From positions 12 to 64,011 of IMG/VR virus record IMGVR_UViG_3300024323_000001: 64,000 bases of DNA; one strand, written 5' to 3'. The position numbers and the translations under genes were made by a program. This DNA comes from a virus (lineage: Duplodnaviria; Caudoviricetes). Below the pieces are notes generated by a model. The model saw only the letters and a list, made by a program, of their open reading frames with translations. It was not told the origin of the DNA and did no database searches. This document shows positions 37,018 to 45,720 of this stretch, one piece after another (position 1 is the first letter of the stretch; the number at the start of each line of letters is the position of its first letter).

Positions 37018-37326
37018 ATGGCAATCGCAGGAGTTCAGGCAGGTTCCACAGGAACCTTCCAGATCAGTCTCGTCCCGCCGAACGGTGTGCCGCTCAGCTC
37101 GGGGCCTACCGTCGTGACAGATGACCCACTCGTATCGCTCGGTGCCGTAGGGAGCAATCTTCAGTTTACGGCTTCCGTCGCGGCCGGCGACACCGCGGCA
37201 TCGTTCAACGTCACCGTGTCGGGCGTGAACGGAGCAGGTTCGCCCATCAGCCACACGTTCAACGTGCCGGTGCTCGCAGCTCCGCCGCCGCAGGTGACGG
37301 ACTTCGGGCTGGATCAACTGTCCTAG
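37018..37326 (+). CDS. Small Ig-like beta protein (possible in-frame upstream start at 36901)
   Basis: AAAGGAG RBS; beta-strand pattern FTASV...FNVTVSG...FNVPV. Confidence 0.65.
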   Translation: MAIAGVQAGSTGTFQISLVPPNGVPLSSGPTVVTDDPLVSLGAVGSNLQFTASVAAGDTAASFNVTVSGVNGAGSPISHTFNVPVLAAPPPQVTDFGLDQLS

Positions 37327-37336
37327 AAAAGCGGAA

Positions 37337-37366
37337 GCCCCCGAGATGTGGAGGCATCGCCGGGGG
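37337..37366. terminator. Hairpin between the convergent plus- and minus-strand operons
   Basis: CCCCCG-AGATG...CATC-GC-CGGGGG; short T-run on the minus strand. Confidence 0.55.
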
Positions 37367-37406
37367 CGGAGGTGAATCGCGTTAGACTAGAGGTATGTCT
37401 ACGCTA

Positions 37407-38168
37407 TCATAAAGGGGTAGCGGCGTCAAGTAGGCGCTGTCGATGACGTTCCCATCGAATATTAGATGCTCGTCGAAGCATCTCAATTCGTTGTTCTCGC
37501 GGAATAGCTTCTAAAGTTTTTCGAGCGTTAGCTGCGTTCTCGGGAGTTCTGCCTACTACCAGTGCTGCAAGAGAACCTTCAGTACCACGTCCGGCCGTCC
37601 ATCTTTCCTTGGCTGCATCACTCATTCTTTTTCGCATTCTGTCACGAATCATTTCAGGGGGTAGCTCTGGGCCATGAAATCTCTTTATGCGTTTAGCGAT
37701 ACTCATAGCAGCTCTGCGCTCTGAAGAATATGGGCCTCTCTTCTTGCCCCGCTGCGATGCAGAACGTTTGTGAATTGTTTCTGGAGATATCTTTCTACCT
37801 GTCAATGTCCTGCTAATTTTCTTCCGTATCTGACCCGTGGCGTCATTAAAACCGTCTCCTCCAGATGAAAGATTATAGCCAATTAACTGATTGGTAGAAT
37901 TTAGGATTAGTATCCATAAAATTTCCTGTCGATTAGCTTCTTCTTGGGATTCCGTTAAAACCAAAGGTTCAATCACGAATGCTGCCGCCCCGTGGTATCG
38001 AATCGCGAACTGTAAGTGCCGACGGTAATCTCTGTTTAACTTATAAGCTACCTTAACGTGCTCCTTAAACCGCTGAGTGAGCGATTGCTTCGTTTTGCCG
38101 ACGTAGTACTTTCCATTTTTCAGATTTGTGATGAGGTAGATTGTTATCAAGTGATTGTTATCCAGCAA
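37407..38168 (-). CDS. GIY-YIG homing endonuclease with NUMOD3-like repeats
   Basis: IYLITNLKNGKYYVGKT, GYNLSSGGDG; AT-richer than its flanks. Confidence 0.88.
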   Translation of the reverse strand: MLDNNHLITIYLITNLKNGKYYVGKTKQSLTQRFKEHVKVAYKLNRDYRRHLQFAIRYHGAAAFVIEPLVLTESQEEANRQEILWILILNSTNQLIGYNLSSGGDGFNDATGQIRKKISRTLTGRKISPETIHKRSASQRGKKRGPYSSERRAAMSIAKRIKRFHGPELPPEMIRDRMRKRMSDAAKERWTAGRGTEGSLAALVVGRTPENAANARKTLEAIPREQRIEMLRRASNIRWERHRQRLLDAATPL

Positions 38169-38524
38169 CCTTCGTTCTCTATGGCACCTTCTATAGCGGG
38201 AAATAATTCATCAAACTTTTTCCGGGTGTTGAGGATATCTCCTGTGGCGGGATCTTGAAGTTCACCGACAAGCAAACATCCATCTGATGCTTCAGGCGCA
38301 TTGCCCCAATGAATTTCAATCATAGACCGATTAGGAACTCCGTTTAGTAAGGGCATAACACGCCCAAAATGAGGAGACGGATAGAGGGTAATTTGATAAC
38401 GTCCGGTGGGAATAGCGACGCTTATTCGTTCAAGTGTCCATGCGGCATGAACACCGTCGAGGAATAACTCTCCGGGTAGCGCATTAGGTGCTATCGGCAG
38501 AGAGCGTCTTAGCAGGAGTTCCAT
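38147..38524 (-). CDS. DUF5675-family protein, putative endolysin
   Basis: TLE...IPTGRYQI...IEIHWGN...SDGCLLVG. Confidence 0.7.
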   Translation of the reverse strand: MELLLRRSLPIAPNALPGELFLDGVHAAWTLERISVAIPTGRYQITLYPSPHFGRVMPLLNGVPNRSMIEIHWGNAPEASDGCLLVGELQDPATGDILNTRKKFDELFPAIEGAIENEGCWITIT

Positions 38525-38750
38525 GTCGAGATTTTACTCTAATCCACAGCATCGCGGTGATGAATATCCAGTAGGAACCCATGTCCCGCCACGTCTCCCA
38601 CTTAGGGAATAGTAAAAGCGAGAAGTCGAACAGGGCCAGTCCAATCCACAAGAGTCCGAGCGTGGCTACAATCCCTTTTCTTCGCTTGAGCAGTGCCAGT
38701 GAGCCGAGCAGTGCCAGTGATAGCCCTTCTACGAGTATTGCGGCATGTTC
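38484..38750 (-). CDS. Multi-pass membrane protein
   Basis: Three hydrophobic segments; probable start MEHAAIL. Confidence 0.5.
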   Translation of the reverse strand, partial: EHAAILVEGLSLALLGSLALLKRRKGIVATLGLLWIGLALFDFSLLLFPKWETWRDMGSYWIFITAMLWIRVKSRHGTPAKTLSADST

Positions 38751-39013
38751 CATGCTTCCCACACCACAATCGCGGAGGCTATGAGGAAAAGGGCCGTGAA
38801 TCCCATGTAGATGAACGTGTAGATGGGATGCTGCCAGCCGAGAATCCACTGGCACGCCTCGATTGCGGCGTTGCCGATGAATTGAACCTCGAACCAGATA
38901 TTAATCGCCGGACTGCGGTTCGGTGCTCGCCTCGCCAGCCATATCGCCGCCAGCAGGGAAACTGAAAGAAACCACACCTTCAACTCCGATCTTGCTCTGG
39001 AAGTAGTCGGCAT
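38729..39013 (-). CDS. Multi-pass membrane protein
   Basis: Several hydrophobic segments; start uncertain. Confidence 0.5.
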   Translation of the reverse strand: MPTTSRARSELKVWFLSVSLLAAIWLARRAPNRSPAINIWFEVQFIGNAAIEACQWILGWQHPIYTFIYMGFTALFLIASAIVVWEAWNMPQYS

Positions 39014-39142
39014 CTTCCTGCTTGTCGAAAGAAGCCGAAATCGTCACCTCCTCAGAGATGAACCGCACCACCTTTTGAACATTGCTTGAGCACAATACTT
39101 TGAATGCTGTTCCAGGTCGATGACCGCCGCCCATGTTGCCTC

Positions 39143-39364
39143 CTAGTCTCCGTTGATTCCCATATGCTTCGCCAACTTAATGCGAAGCTGTATGAACTCT
39201 TTGTAAAATTTGAAGTATTTCCTGTCGGCCTCAAGATTCTCCTGGTCTATGTGCTTCCTGAGTTCGTGTATCTCTCGCCGGAAAGAACTCACCGTCAACC
39301 GGAACATCAAAGCGATGAGTCCGATAAAGGCTGTGATTACCGCTCCCCATGCTGCTGTCTCCAC
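39143..39364 (-). CDS. Single-pass membrane/coiled-coil lysis-region protein
   Basis: WGAVITAFIGLIALMF followed by a charged helix. Confidence 0.55.
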   Translation of the reverse strand: METAAWGAVITAFIGLIALMFRLTVSSFRREIHELRKHIDQENLEADRKYFKFYKEFIQLRIKLAKHMGINGD

Positions 39365-39372
39365 ATAGCCCC

Positions 39373-39645
39373 CTACCTTTTCAGGCTCTCGCTTCGCTCT
39401 CCGCCTAAGTCCACGATCTGTTGGTCGTGCCATCTGAGCGCCGGCATGATTACGTCGTGCTGCTTCACCTTCGCTTCCTTCAACCCAATCTCTAAGTCCG
39501 TCAGGCGCTTCTCCGTCAGCTTGTCCACCCCGTGACCATTCCCATTGCCATTCTTGCGCTCCCACGGTTTGAACTTCAGGAGTATTCCCAAAGCTGCTAG
39601 AAAAAGGGTGCCACCGATTCCTACCTGCTGGGCCGTGGGGTCCAT
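39373..39645 (-). CDS. Single-pass membrane protein, holin/antiholin-like
   Basis: VGIGGTLFLAALGILL followed by a coiled coil. Confidence 0.55.
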   Translation of the reverse strand: MDPTAQQVGIGGTLFLAALGILLKFKPWERKNGNGNGHGVDKLTEKRLTDLEIGLKEAKVKQHDVIMPALRWHDQQIVDLGGERSESLKR

Positions 39646-39859
39646 TGGCGTTAATTATGTGGCTAACTCCCTTGAGGTGCAACGTCTTTCGATGGTACAT
39701 CTCGGCCCTTGAACCGGAGCGAAACGAGCCCTGTAGCAATTAGAGCTTCTCCTGTATGAGCGATATCCGCGTCGCTGTGCGCCAGCCACACAATCAGCAC
39801 GCCAATGTGCAGCAGATATAGGGCGATGAAATCTCCCCAGTGGCGCTCAACGAAGTCTT

Positions 39860-40066
39860 TCACGGCTTTGGCGCAGCAGGTGGCAGCGGAGATTTCATGT
39901 AGAACGCCACTACGACACCTGCGAGCCCATACCAGAACGACGCATGAGGATGAGAGGCGACGTAGGCAGTCACGGTGGGTGAAGCGTAGTTCCACACCGC
40001 CGCTCCCAGCGCCATGACTGTAATCCAGTGCAGCTTCAGGTAATCAGCTATCTGTTGGACGTTCAT
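39860..40066 (-). CDS. Two-TM holin candidate
   Basis: GGAGGA RBS; MNVQQIADYLKLHWITVMALGAAVW...FWYGLAGVVVAFY. Confidence 0.6.
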   Translation of the reverse strand: MNVQQIADYLKLHWITVMALGAAVWNYASPTVTAYVASHPHASFWYGLAGVVVAFYMKSPLPPAAPKP

Positions 40067-40080
40067 TGTTTGTTCCTCCT

Positions 40081-42264
40081 CTATTTGATTCCCTTGTGGA
40101 TTCGTGCTTGCTCCTCGAGCTTCGGCCGCGCGTAGGATTCGATATCCGCGTCGGGGACGCTCTTTGGAATCGAGACTCGGTACTGCCCCGACTTGGCCCA
40201 GCGGATGCCCATGGAGTCGGTCTCCATCTGAATGACTCCGCCTGATGCGCTCGCTCCTCGGCCCAAGATATCGTTCACGGCAGCGACACGCTCCGCGCGG
40301 TCCATGTCCTTCCATCGGGGGCCGCGCATCAGGGTCTCGAGCGTCGTTGACTGGCGCGGCGTCACAAGGTCAGAGAGACCGATCTTCCCGAACTCCTGCT
40401 TCACGAGGCCTGCTGGGGGCGCCGAGACAATCATCCCGCCCGGAACGGTTTCAGTCGAGCCCGTCGCAACTGGACGTCCCCAGAGATTGCGCTGCTCCGC
40501 GCCCTGCTTGACCGGGGCCTCGACATTGCTCCAGCCCGTCGTGCCTGGTGTGGGAGGCTGAACGGGCGAGAATCCCGGCTGTGACGGCGGCGCGGGAATA
40601 GGCGCTGCGGGAGCGTAGGGGAATTGAGGCGGTGGAGGTACGGGTCCTGCCGGCGTGCTGTACTGAGGCGCGGTCGGTCCAATAGGCGTCCCATACTGGG
40701 GGAGATTTGGCGGCGCGGGAATTCCCTCACCAACCTGACCCGCTTTGTTGACCGCCTTCGCCGCGAGCCGGTTCGGATTATTCAAATCGAGCAACGTACT
40801 CACAGGATTGCGTAGATACTCGGTCGCGGCGTGGGGTGAGATGGAGACGCGGGCGGTGTTGGCGATTCGCGTCGAGAGAGGCTTCGGCGTCGGGACCTTG
40901 GCCTCGCGGAAGTTCTGCTCCACGTTGCGGAGCGAGCCGTAATCCTTGCGGGCCTCGCGGAACATCGCACCGCCCTCATCGGTCCAATTGTTCGAGATGG
41001 TGTCGAACATCTTCTCGCGCAGCTCATCCAGGGCGACGACTTTGCCATGGAGGGTGGGGTCGGCGTTGAGAGCTTGGGCGCGCGCGGAGCCATTCATCTC
41101 ATAGTATTTATTTACGGCAGGGTCAGCGTTCAGTTCGGTGACCTTCGCGTTCATCTCCTTGACGGTCATGTCGCGGTCGAAAACGTTCGCGAGACGGTCA
41201 ATCTTCTTCTGAATAGCTGGACGGGTGGCGACGTCAATCTCAGATGGAGTCTCGCGAATCTTCTGAGCGATGTCGCTCGTCGAGTCGCCAGCGTCGGCGA
41301 ACTTGTCAATCACAGGTTCAACATGGGACTGCCACAGTTCATTCGCCGCCTTACGCGTGGTGGTAGCGGCGCGCATCACTGCCCCTTCACCCTTGGGAAC
41401 GGGCATCTTCTCGGTCTGAGCGCCGATATACTTGCGTGCGCGAAGCCAATCGCTACGCAGGGATTCCTGCTCTGCGGCGCCGAGTCCGCCCGGAGCGACC
41501 GCGTTCTCGTAGGCCATCCCTGAGGCAACGTCAGGCGGCGGGGCAATCGCGTTACGGACTTTGCTCGCGGCCTGATTCACCGCAGGCTTCAGGTTCTTGG
41601 AGACTTCAGGAGCAATCTTCTCGCCTCCGAGCACGAGCGCTCCCTGACCACTGAGATGTCCCAGCTCGCCCATCCCCTTGTAAGCGGGATTGGATGGATT
41701 AGCGAGTGGCGTTGGCCCTTGAAGCCCCTCATTGATATTCTCGACCGCGCCCATCGCAGGCGGTCCCACGACCGGGATGCTGGCGAGTGCGCGCAACGGG
41801 AGCGAAGTGTGCGGCGACGCCGCTGCCCGCTCCTGAGCGGTCTGTGTGTCAGAGATTGCCTCGTCCACGCCGCGAGAGACTCGCGTGATCGGATCCTCGC
41901 TGAAGAAGTTCTTCGCGCCGCGGTAGATATCGCCGGGGCTCGGAGCGCCACCGAGAATGTCCTTCACGGTGCTGCCGAACGAGGGAGCACCCTTCGACGC
42001 GAGCTGCTGGAGCGAATCTTGATTGAGCCAAGTCTGATAGACAGGTTGCTTCTGGATGACCCGGCGGACCATCTCGTCGTCAGAGAGCTTCGCGTAGGGG
42101 ATGCCGTCGCCCGTCGTGCCAGTGGGGAACTTGGCGCGGAAGCGCCCGGCGAGCGATTGGATGGTGTGCTGTCCCGCCTCAGGATTGGGCGGAGGGATAG
42201 TAGAGAGCGGCGGAGGCGTCTGCGCTGGAGGAGTTGGGGATTGGGTGGCGGTGTCTGGAGGCAT
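40081..42264 (-). CDS. Putative internal virion/ejection protein
   Basis: 727 aa, helical and Pro-rich, third in the block after the GNAT gene. Confidence 0.6.
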   Translation of the reverse strand: MPPDTATQSPTPPAQTPPPLSTIPPPNPEAGQHTIQSLAGRFRAKFPTGTTGDGIPYAKLSDDEMVRRVIQKQPVYQTWLNQDSLQQLASKGAPSFGSTVKDILGGAPSPGDIYRGAKNFFSEDPITRVSRGVDEAISDTQTAQERAAASPHTSLPLRALASIPVVGPPAMGAVENINEGLQGPTPLANPSNPAYKGMGELGHLSGQGALVLGGEKIAPEVSKNLKPAVNQAASKVRNAIAPPPDVASGMAYENAVAPGGLGAAEQESLRSDWLRARKYIGAQTEKMPVPKGEGAVMRAATTTRKAANELWQSHVEPVIDKFADAGDSTSDIAQKIRETPSEIDVATRPAIQKKIDRLANVFDRDMTVKEMNAKVTELNADPAVNKYYEMNGSARAQALNADPTLHGKVVALDELREKMFDTISNNWTDEGGAMFREARKDYGSLRNVEQNFREAKVPTPKPLSTRIANTARVSISPHAATEYLRNPVSTLLDLNNPNRLAAKAVNKAGQVGEGIPAPPNLPQYGTPIGPTAPQYSTPAGPVPPPPQFPYAPAAPIPAPPSQPGFSPVQPPTPGTTGWSNVEAPVKQGAEQRNLWGRPVATGSTETVPGGMIVSAPPAGLVKQEFGKIGLSDLVTPRQSTTLETLMRGPRWKDMDRAERVAAVNDILGRGASASGGVIQMETDSMGIRWAKSGQYRVSIPKSVPDADIESYARPKLEEQARIHKGIK

Positions 42265-42265
42265 C

Positions 42266-43969
42266 CTAGATTCCTAGCGGATTGTGAGCGTCCGCCGGTG
42301 CGGCGGCCGGCGCGGCAGCAGCGGGAGCGTTCGGCTTCGCCTTCGATGGAGTCTTCGGCGGCGTCGGGATGCCACTCTGCCGCGCCGCGCCTCCTGCGCG
42401 CACGTCCTCGGGTGTAGGGACACCGCCGCCTGAATAAGCCTGCTTAGTCTGGAGGAAGTTATTGTAATCCTCGGTTACCCTGTCCTCTGCCAGCCCAATC
42501 ATGTTGTGCATGGACTCCGGCGGGATGACGACGCCGCGGAGCACATCAGGCGTCATCGTGAACTCATTCCCCACACCTACGCGCGCGAGAATCGTAGCCA
42601 TCCATGGCGCTGAGTGCTGCGCTTCGTTGATGATGTCTTGGGTAATGCGCGCGCCCTTCTGCAAGCCAACGGTCATCCCGATGTGATTGTAGAGCAGGTT
42701 AATCATGGCCTGTTGGTCGCCGCCCAGAGCCTTCGGCAGCGCGCTGCTCATCACGTTGTAGCGCTCAATCGAGCTTAGATAGGTGGCTTGGGACTTGGCG
42801 ACATCAGGAGGTAGCTTGCCACCTACGACGCGGCCGGGGCCGCCCACGCCCGGTGCTGCCCCACCACCTGCGCCCGCCTTGGCGGGCGTTCCCGGAGGCG
42901 ATGGGATCTGGCCGCGCTTGTTCTCGCTCACGGTCGTCACGGGGACCATCTGGATGGAGCCATCAGGCTGAGGGACCATTTTGTAGCCGTGCTGGACGGC
43001 TTGGCGGCTGTTCCAGTCGTTGATGAGGTCCGCGCGCGGAATGCCCTGCTTCAGCCCCTCGTTCATGTAGGACTTGAAGGGAGTGGCGTTCAGACCTGAG
43101 AGAGCGACTTGAGCGCCCAGGCCGGCAGGGACGGCGTAGGACTGTCCGCCGATCGATGTTAGGTCGTAGAATTGCTTCGGGTCAACCTTCTCGCCGCCCG
43201 TCGTCACGATATCGGGATTCGACTGGAGAATATCGGAGCCCGAGATATTCTTGCTCAGCGTGTGGGGAATGAACGTCCCGATGGGCAAGCCACGACCGCT
43301 CTGCACGAGGAACTCTTGGAGCGGGGCATTCGGATTGGCGTCGCGCCAGAGCTTGAACGCTTCCTGACGCGCCTTCGTCTCACCGCTGATCTTGGCGCGC
43401 TCCACTGCCTCCGTCGCCGCGGCGTTCTGCTGGTTGCGCTCCTCTGGCGACAAGAGGGGGCTGTAGCGCGGAGGCGCAGGGATGGTCTGTCCCTGTAACG
43501 GGACGCCTTGAGGCCCCGCTGCACCACCAGCAGCGATATCGGGTGGCGGAGGGATTCCGGGTGTCGAGGGCGGCGGAGCGGCTGTGGCGGCTCCTGGAGG
43601 CGGGGCAGCGCTAATCTGACCCTGTGCCGAGGAGGTCTGGGCGTTCGTTGCGCCCTGGGCGGCCTGCTGACCTGCCGGAGACGCGCCGAGGTTATTGGCC
43701 TGCGCCGCGCTCGCCCCGAGCGAGCTGATATCCCCAATCTTCTTGTCGAGCTTCTTGCCCGGCGGCGTCGAGTAGATGCTCAAGAGCCGCTGGGCGATAT
43801 CCTGCTGAGCCTCGGGTCGGGCGTTCGGGTAGAGCTGCATCAATGTGGAGGCTAGGCCGTGTCGCTGCGCCACCTCCATCTCGGTGGCGCGGATGCGAGC
43901 TTGGGTATAGGATTGCGCGAATCCTTGGAGTAGACCCGAAGCTGCGAAACCGCCACCCGACGTGCTCAT
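42266..43969 (-). CDS. Putative internal virion/ejection protein
   Basis: GLLQGFAQSY N-terminus; Ala/Gly/Gln/Pro-rich. Confidence 0.6.
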   Translation of the reverse strand: MSTSGGGFAASGLLQGFAQSYTQARIRATEMEVAQRHGLASTLMQLYPNARPEAQQDIAQRLLSIYSTPPGKKLDKKIGDISSLGASAAQANNLGASPAGQQAAQGATNAQTSSAQGQISAAPPPGAATAAPPPSTPGIPPPPDIAAGGAAGPQGVPLQGQTIPAPPRYSPLLSPEERNQQNAAATEAVERAKISGETKARQEAFKLWRDANPNAPLQEFLVQSGRGLPIGTFIPHTLSKNISGSDILQSNPDIVTTGGEKVDPKQFYDLTSIGGQSYAVPAGLGAQVALSGLNATPFKSYMNEGLKQGIPRADLINDWNSRQAVQHGYKMVPQPDGSIQMVPVTTVSENKRGQIPSPPGTPAKAGAGGGAAPGVGGPGRVVGGKLPPDVAKSQATYLSSIERYNVMSSALPKALGGDQQAMINLLYNHIGMTVGLQKGARITQDIINEAQHSAPWMATILARVGVGNEFTMTPDVLRGVVIPPESMHNMIGLAEDRVTEDYNNFLQTKQAYSGGGVPTPEDVRAGGAARQSGIPTPPKTPSKAKPNAPAAAAPAAAPADAHNPLGI

Positions 43970-44541
43970 TTTCCTCCGCCGCCAGCGCCCTTATTACCGA
44001 GCGCTCCTGTTCCGGTGCCCTTGGAGCCCATTGCTCCGCCCGCGAGAGTTCCGACCCCAGAGCCGATTCCGCCCCACATCTGCCCCTTCGCCGCCGCTTG
44101 CGAGGCTGCGAGATTCTCATTGGAAGCGCCAGCACCAGCGCTCACGCTCCCTGAGCCCGTCCCAGCTCCAGCCGAGCCGAGCGCGAGAGCTTGGAGCTGC
44201 GATGCGGCCGTGGGGCCTAGGCCCTGATAGAGATTGGCGATCGACGCGCCTTCCTGCGTCTTAGCCTGAGCCTGAGCGAGATTCTTCTCGCCGCCCATCG
44301 GCAGTGTGTTCTGAATCTGCTTCTGAGCAGCGGCGGTCTGAGCGGCGATGGTCTGAGCGTAGGGAGCCGTAGCAGCTTGAGCCGCAGGACCGCCCTTCAG
44401 CAAATCCTGCCAATAGTTCGCCGCGGTTCCTAGATTCGGGAGTGCGATGCTTGAGTATTGCTTCAGCAACCCCGCTTCGGTGTTCTGGAGGTTGACCTGA
44501 CTATCGACAGCGCTTTGAGGGACATGAGGCCCCTTGCCCAT
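43966..44541 (-). CDS. Putative DNA pilot/ejection protein
   Basis: MGKG start; Ala/Gly/Gln-rich with C-terminal glycine-zipper WGGIGSGVGTLAGG. Confidence 0.65.
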   Translation of the reverse strand: MGKGPHVPQSAVDSQVNLQNTEAGLLKQYSSIALPNLGTAANYWQDLLKGGPAAQAATAPYAQTIAAQTAAAQKQIQNTLPMGGEKNLAQAQAKTQEGASIANLYQGLGPTAASQLQALALGSAGAGTGSGSVSAGAGASNENLAASQAAAKGQMWGGIGSGVGTLAGGAMGSKGTGTGALGNKGAGGGGK

Positions 44542-45194
44542 TACTTCTCCTCGCGCTTCTTAGTCCACATTTCACGGGTCATAAAGCTCGTGACGCTCGC
44601 GCTGGGCTTCCCCTCATACACTGTGAAGTTGGGCACGTCGCCGACGACTTGGAACCCGAGGCGCTTGATGAACTGAATGGCGGCGCGGTTCGCTCGAGGC
44701 GTCAGTCCTGCAATCACGTCAAATCCCATCGTGAGGAACCAATGGTCCATCACCGCTCGTCCAAGCTCCATCGAGTCATGGCGGTGCCAATACTCGCGGA
44801 AGAACATAAAGTTCCCGACCGCGCGCTTCACTTGGTCGTTCACAAAGACGTGATTCAGAATGACCATCCCGGCGTGTTCCTTCGCATCGCCGTTCGCGTC
44901 GTGACCAATGATGAGCTGAACCTTATCGGCAGGCGACGCGAGAATCGCGCCGAACTGCACGAAGCTCATCTCCGGCCCCTCGTGGAAGAACATCCCGAAG
45001 GTGCCGTCGTCGTGCATCCGCTTCCACATCCCCGGCAGAAATATCTCCAGACCGGGCATCCGCGCAGCGTCAAAGTCCGTGAGGACCCATTCGAGTTTCT
45101 CGCCTCCTACTGCTCCGGCGACAGGAGATGGCCGAACGCGCTCCTCAGAGACTCCGGCATCAGGTGGTTGTAATCTTGAGAGTGGTTCGGCCAT
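44541..45194 (-). CDS. GNAT-fold acetyltransferase-like virion assembly protein
   Basis: GLTPRANRAAIQFIKRLGFQVVG; position before the ejection genes as in T7/P22-like phages. Confidence 0.75.
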   Translation of the reverse strand: MAEPLSRLQPPDAGVSEERVRPSPVAGAVGGEKLEWVLTDFDAARMPGLEIFLPGMWKRMHDDGTFGMFFHEGPEMSFVQFGAILASPADKVQLIIGHDANGDAKEHAGMVILNHVFVNDQVKRAVGNFMFFREYWHRHDSMELGRAVMDHWFLTMGFDVIAGLTPRANRAAIQFIKRLGFQVVGDVPNFTVYEGKPSASVTSFMTREMWTKKREEK

Positions 45195-45195
45195 G

Positions 45196-45720
45196 TCATG
45201 TCCCCCATGCGTGCCAGCGGACGAGCATGCTGGCGGACGCTAAGATTGGTGTATTGTTCGAGGTACTGGTTGGAGCAAACACATAAATGTCGAAAGTTCC
45301 GGGGCTATTCGGGCTAGGCGTGGCGCTCACGGTCATATTCGTCGGGCTTGAGCCGCTGTCAATGCTCGCTACCACATTGGACAACGTACTAAGTCCGGTA
45401 GCAACCCCTTTCACACTCCCCTTAACCGAGAGCGCTCCGGTAGACATCCGCGAACCTTGGAGCGCGCCCACGGATTGCACGGCGGAGGCTTGGAGGCCTG
45501 AGATATTGTCGTAGGCACTCTTCATGGCGAGGTCGAGTTCCGGGTCCTTGAACGGCGCGGGACGCCACAGTGTCACCGTGGAGGCTTGAACGAACGAGCC
45601 ATCCGATTCCTGCTGAAGCGTGGTGGCTGAGGGCGACGAGGAACCGCTCGATGCGCCTGTGGGACCGCCAGGAGTCTGCCGCGGCGGATAGTTCTGACCG
45701 GGATTGTCCTTGCGAGCCAT
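45196..45720 (-). CDS. Putative tail-associated protein
   Basis: C-terminal beta domain ending VRWHAWGT. Confidence 0.55.
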   Translation of the reverse strand: MARKDNPGQNYPPRQTPGGPTGASSGSSSPSATTLQQESDGSFVQASTVTLWRPAPFKDPELDLAMKSAYDNISGLQASAVQSVGALQGSRMSTGALSVKGSVKGVATGLSTLSNVVASIDSGSSPTNMTVSATPSPNSPGTFDIYVFAPTSTSNNTPILASASMLVRWHAWGT

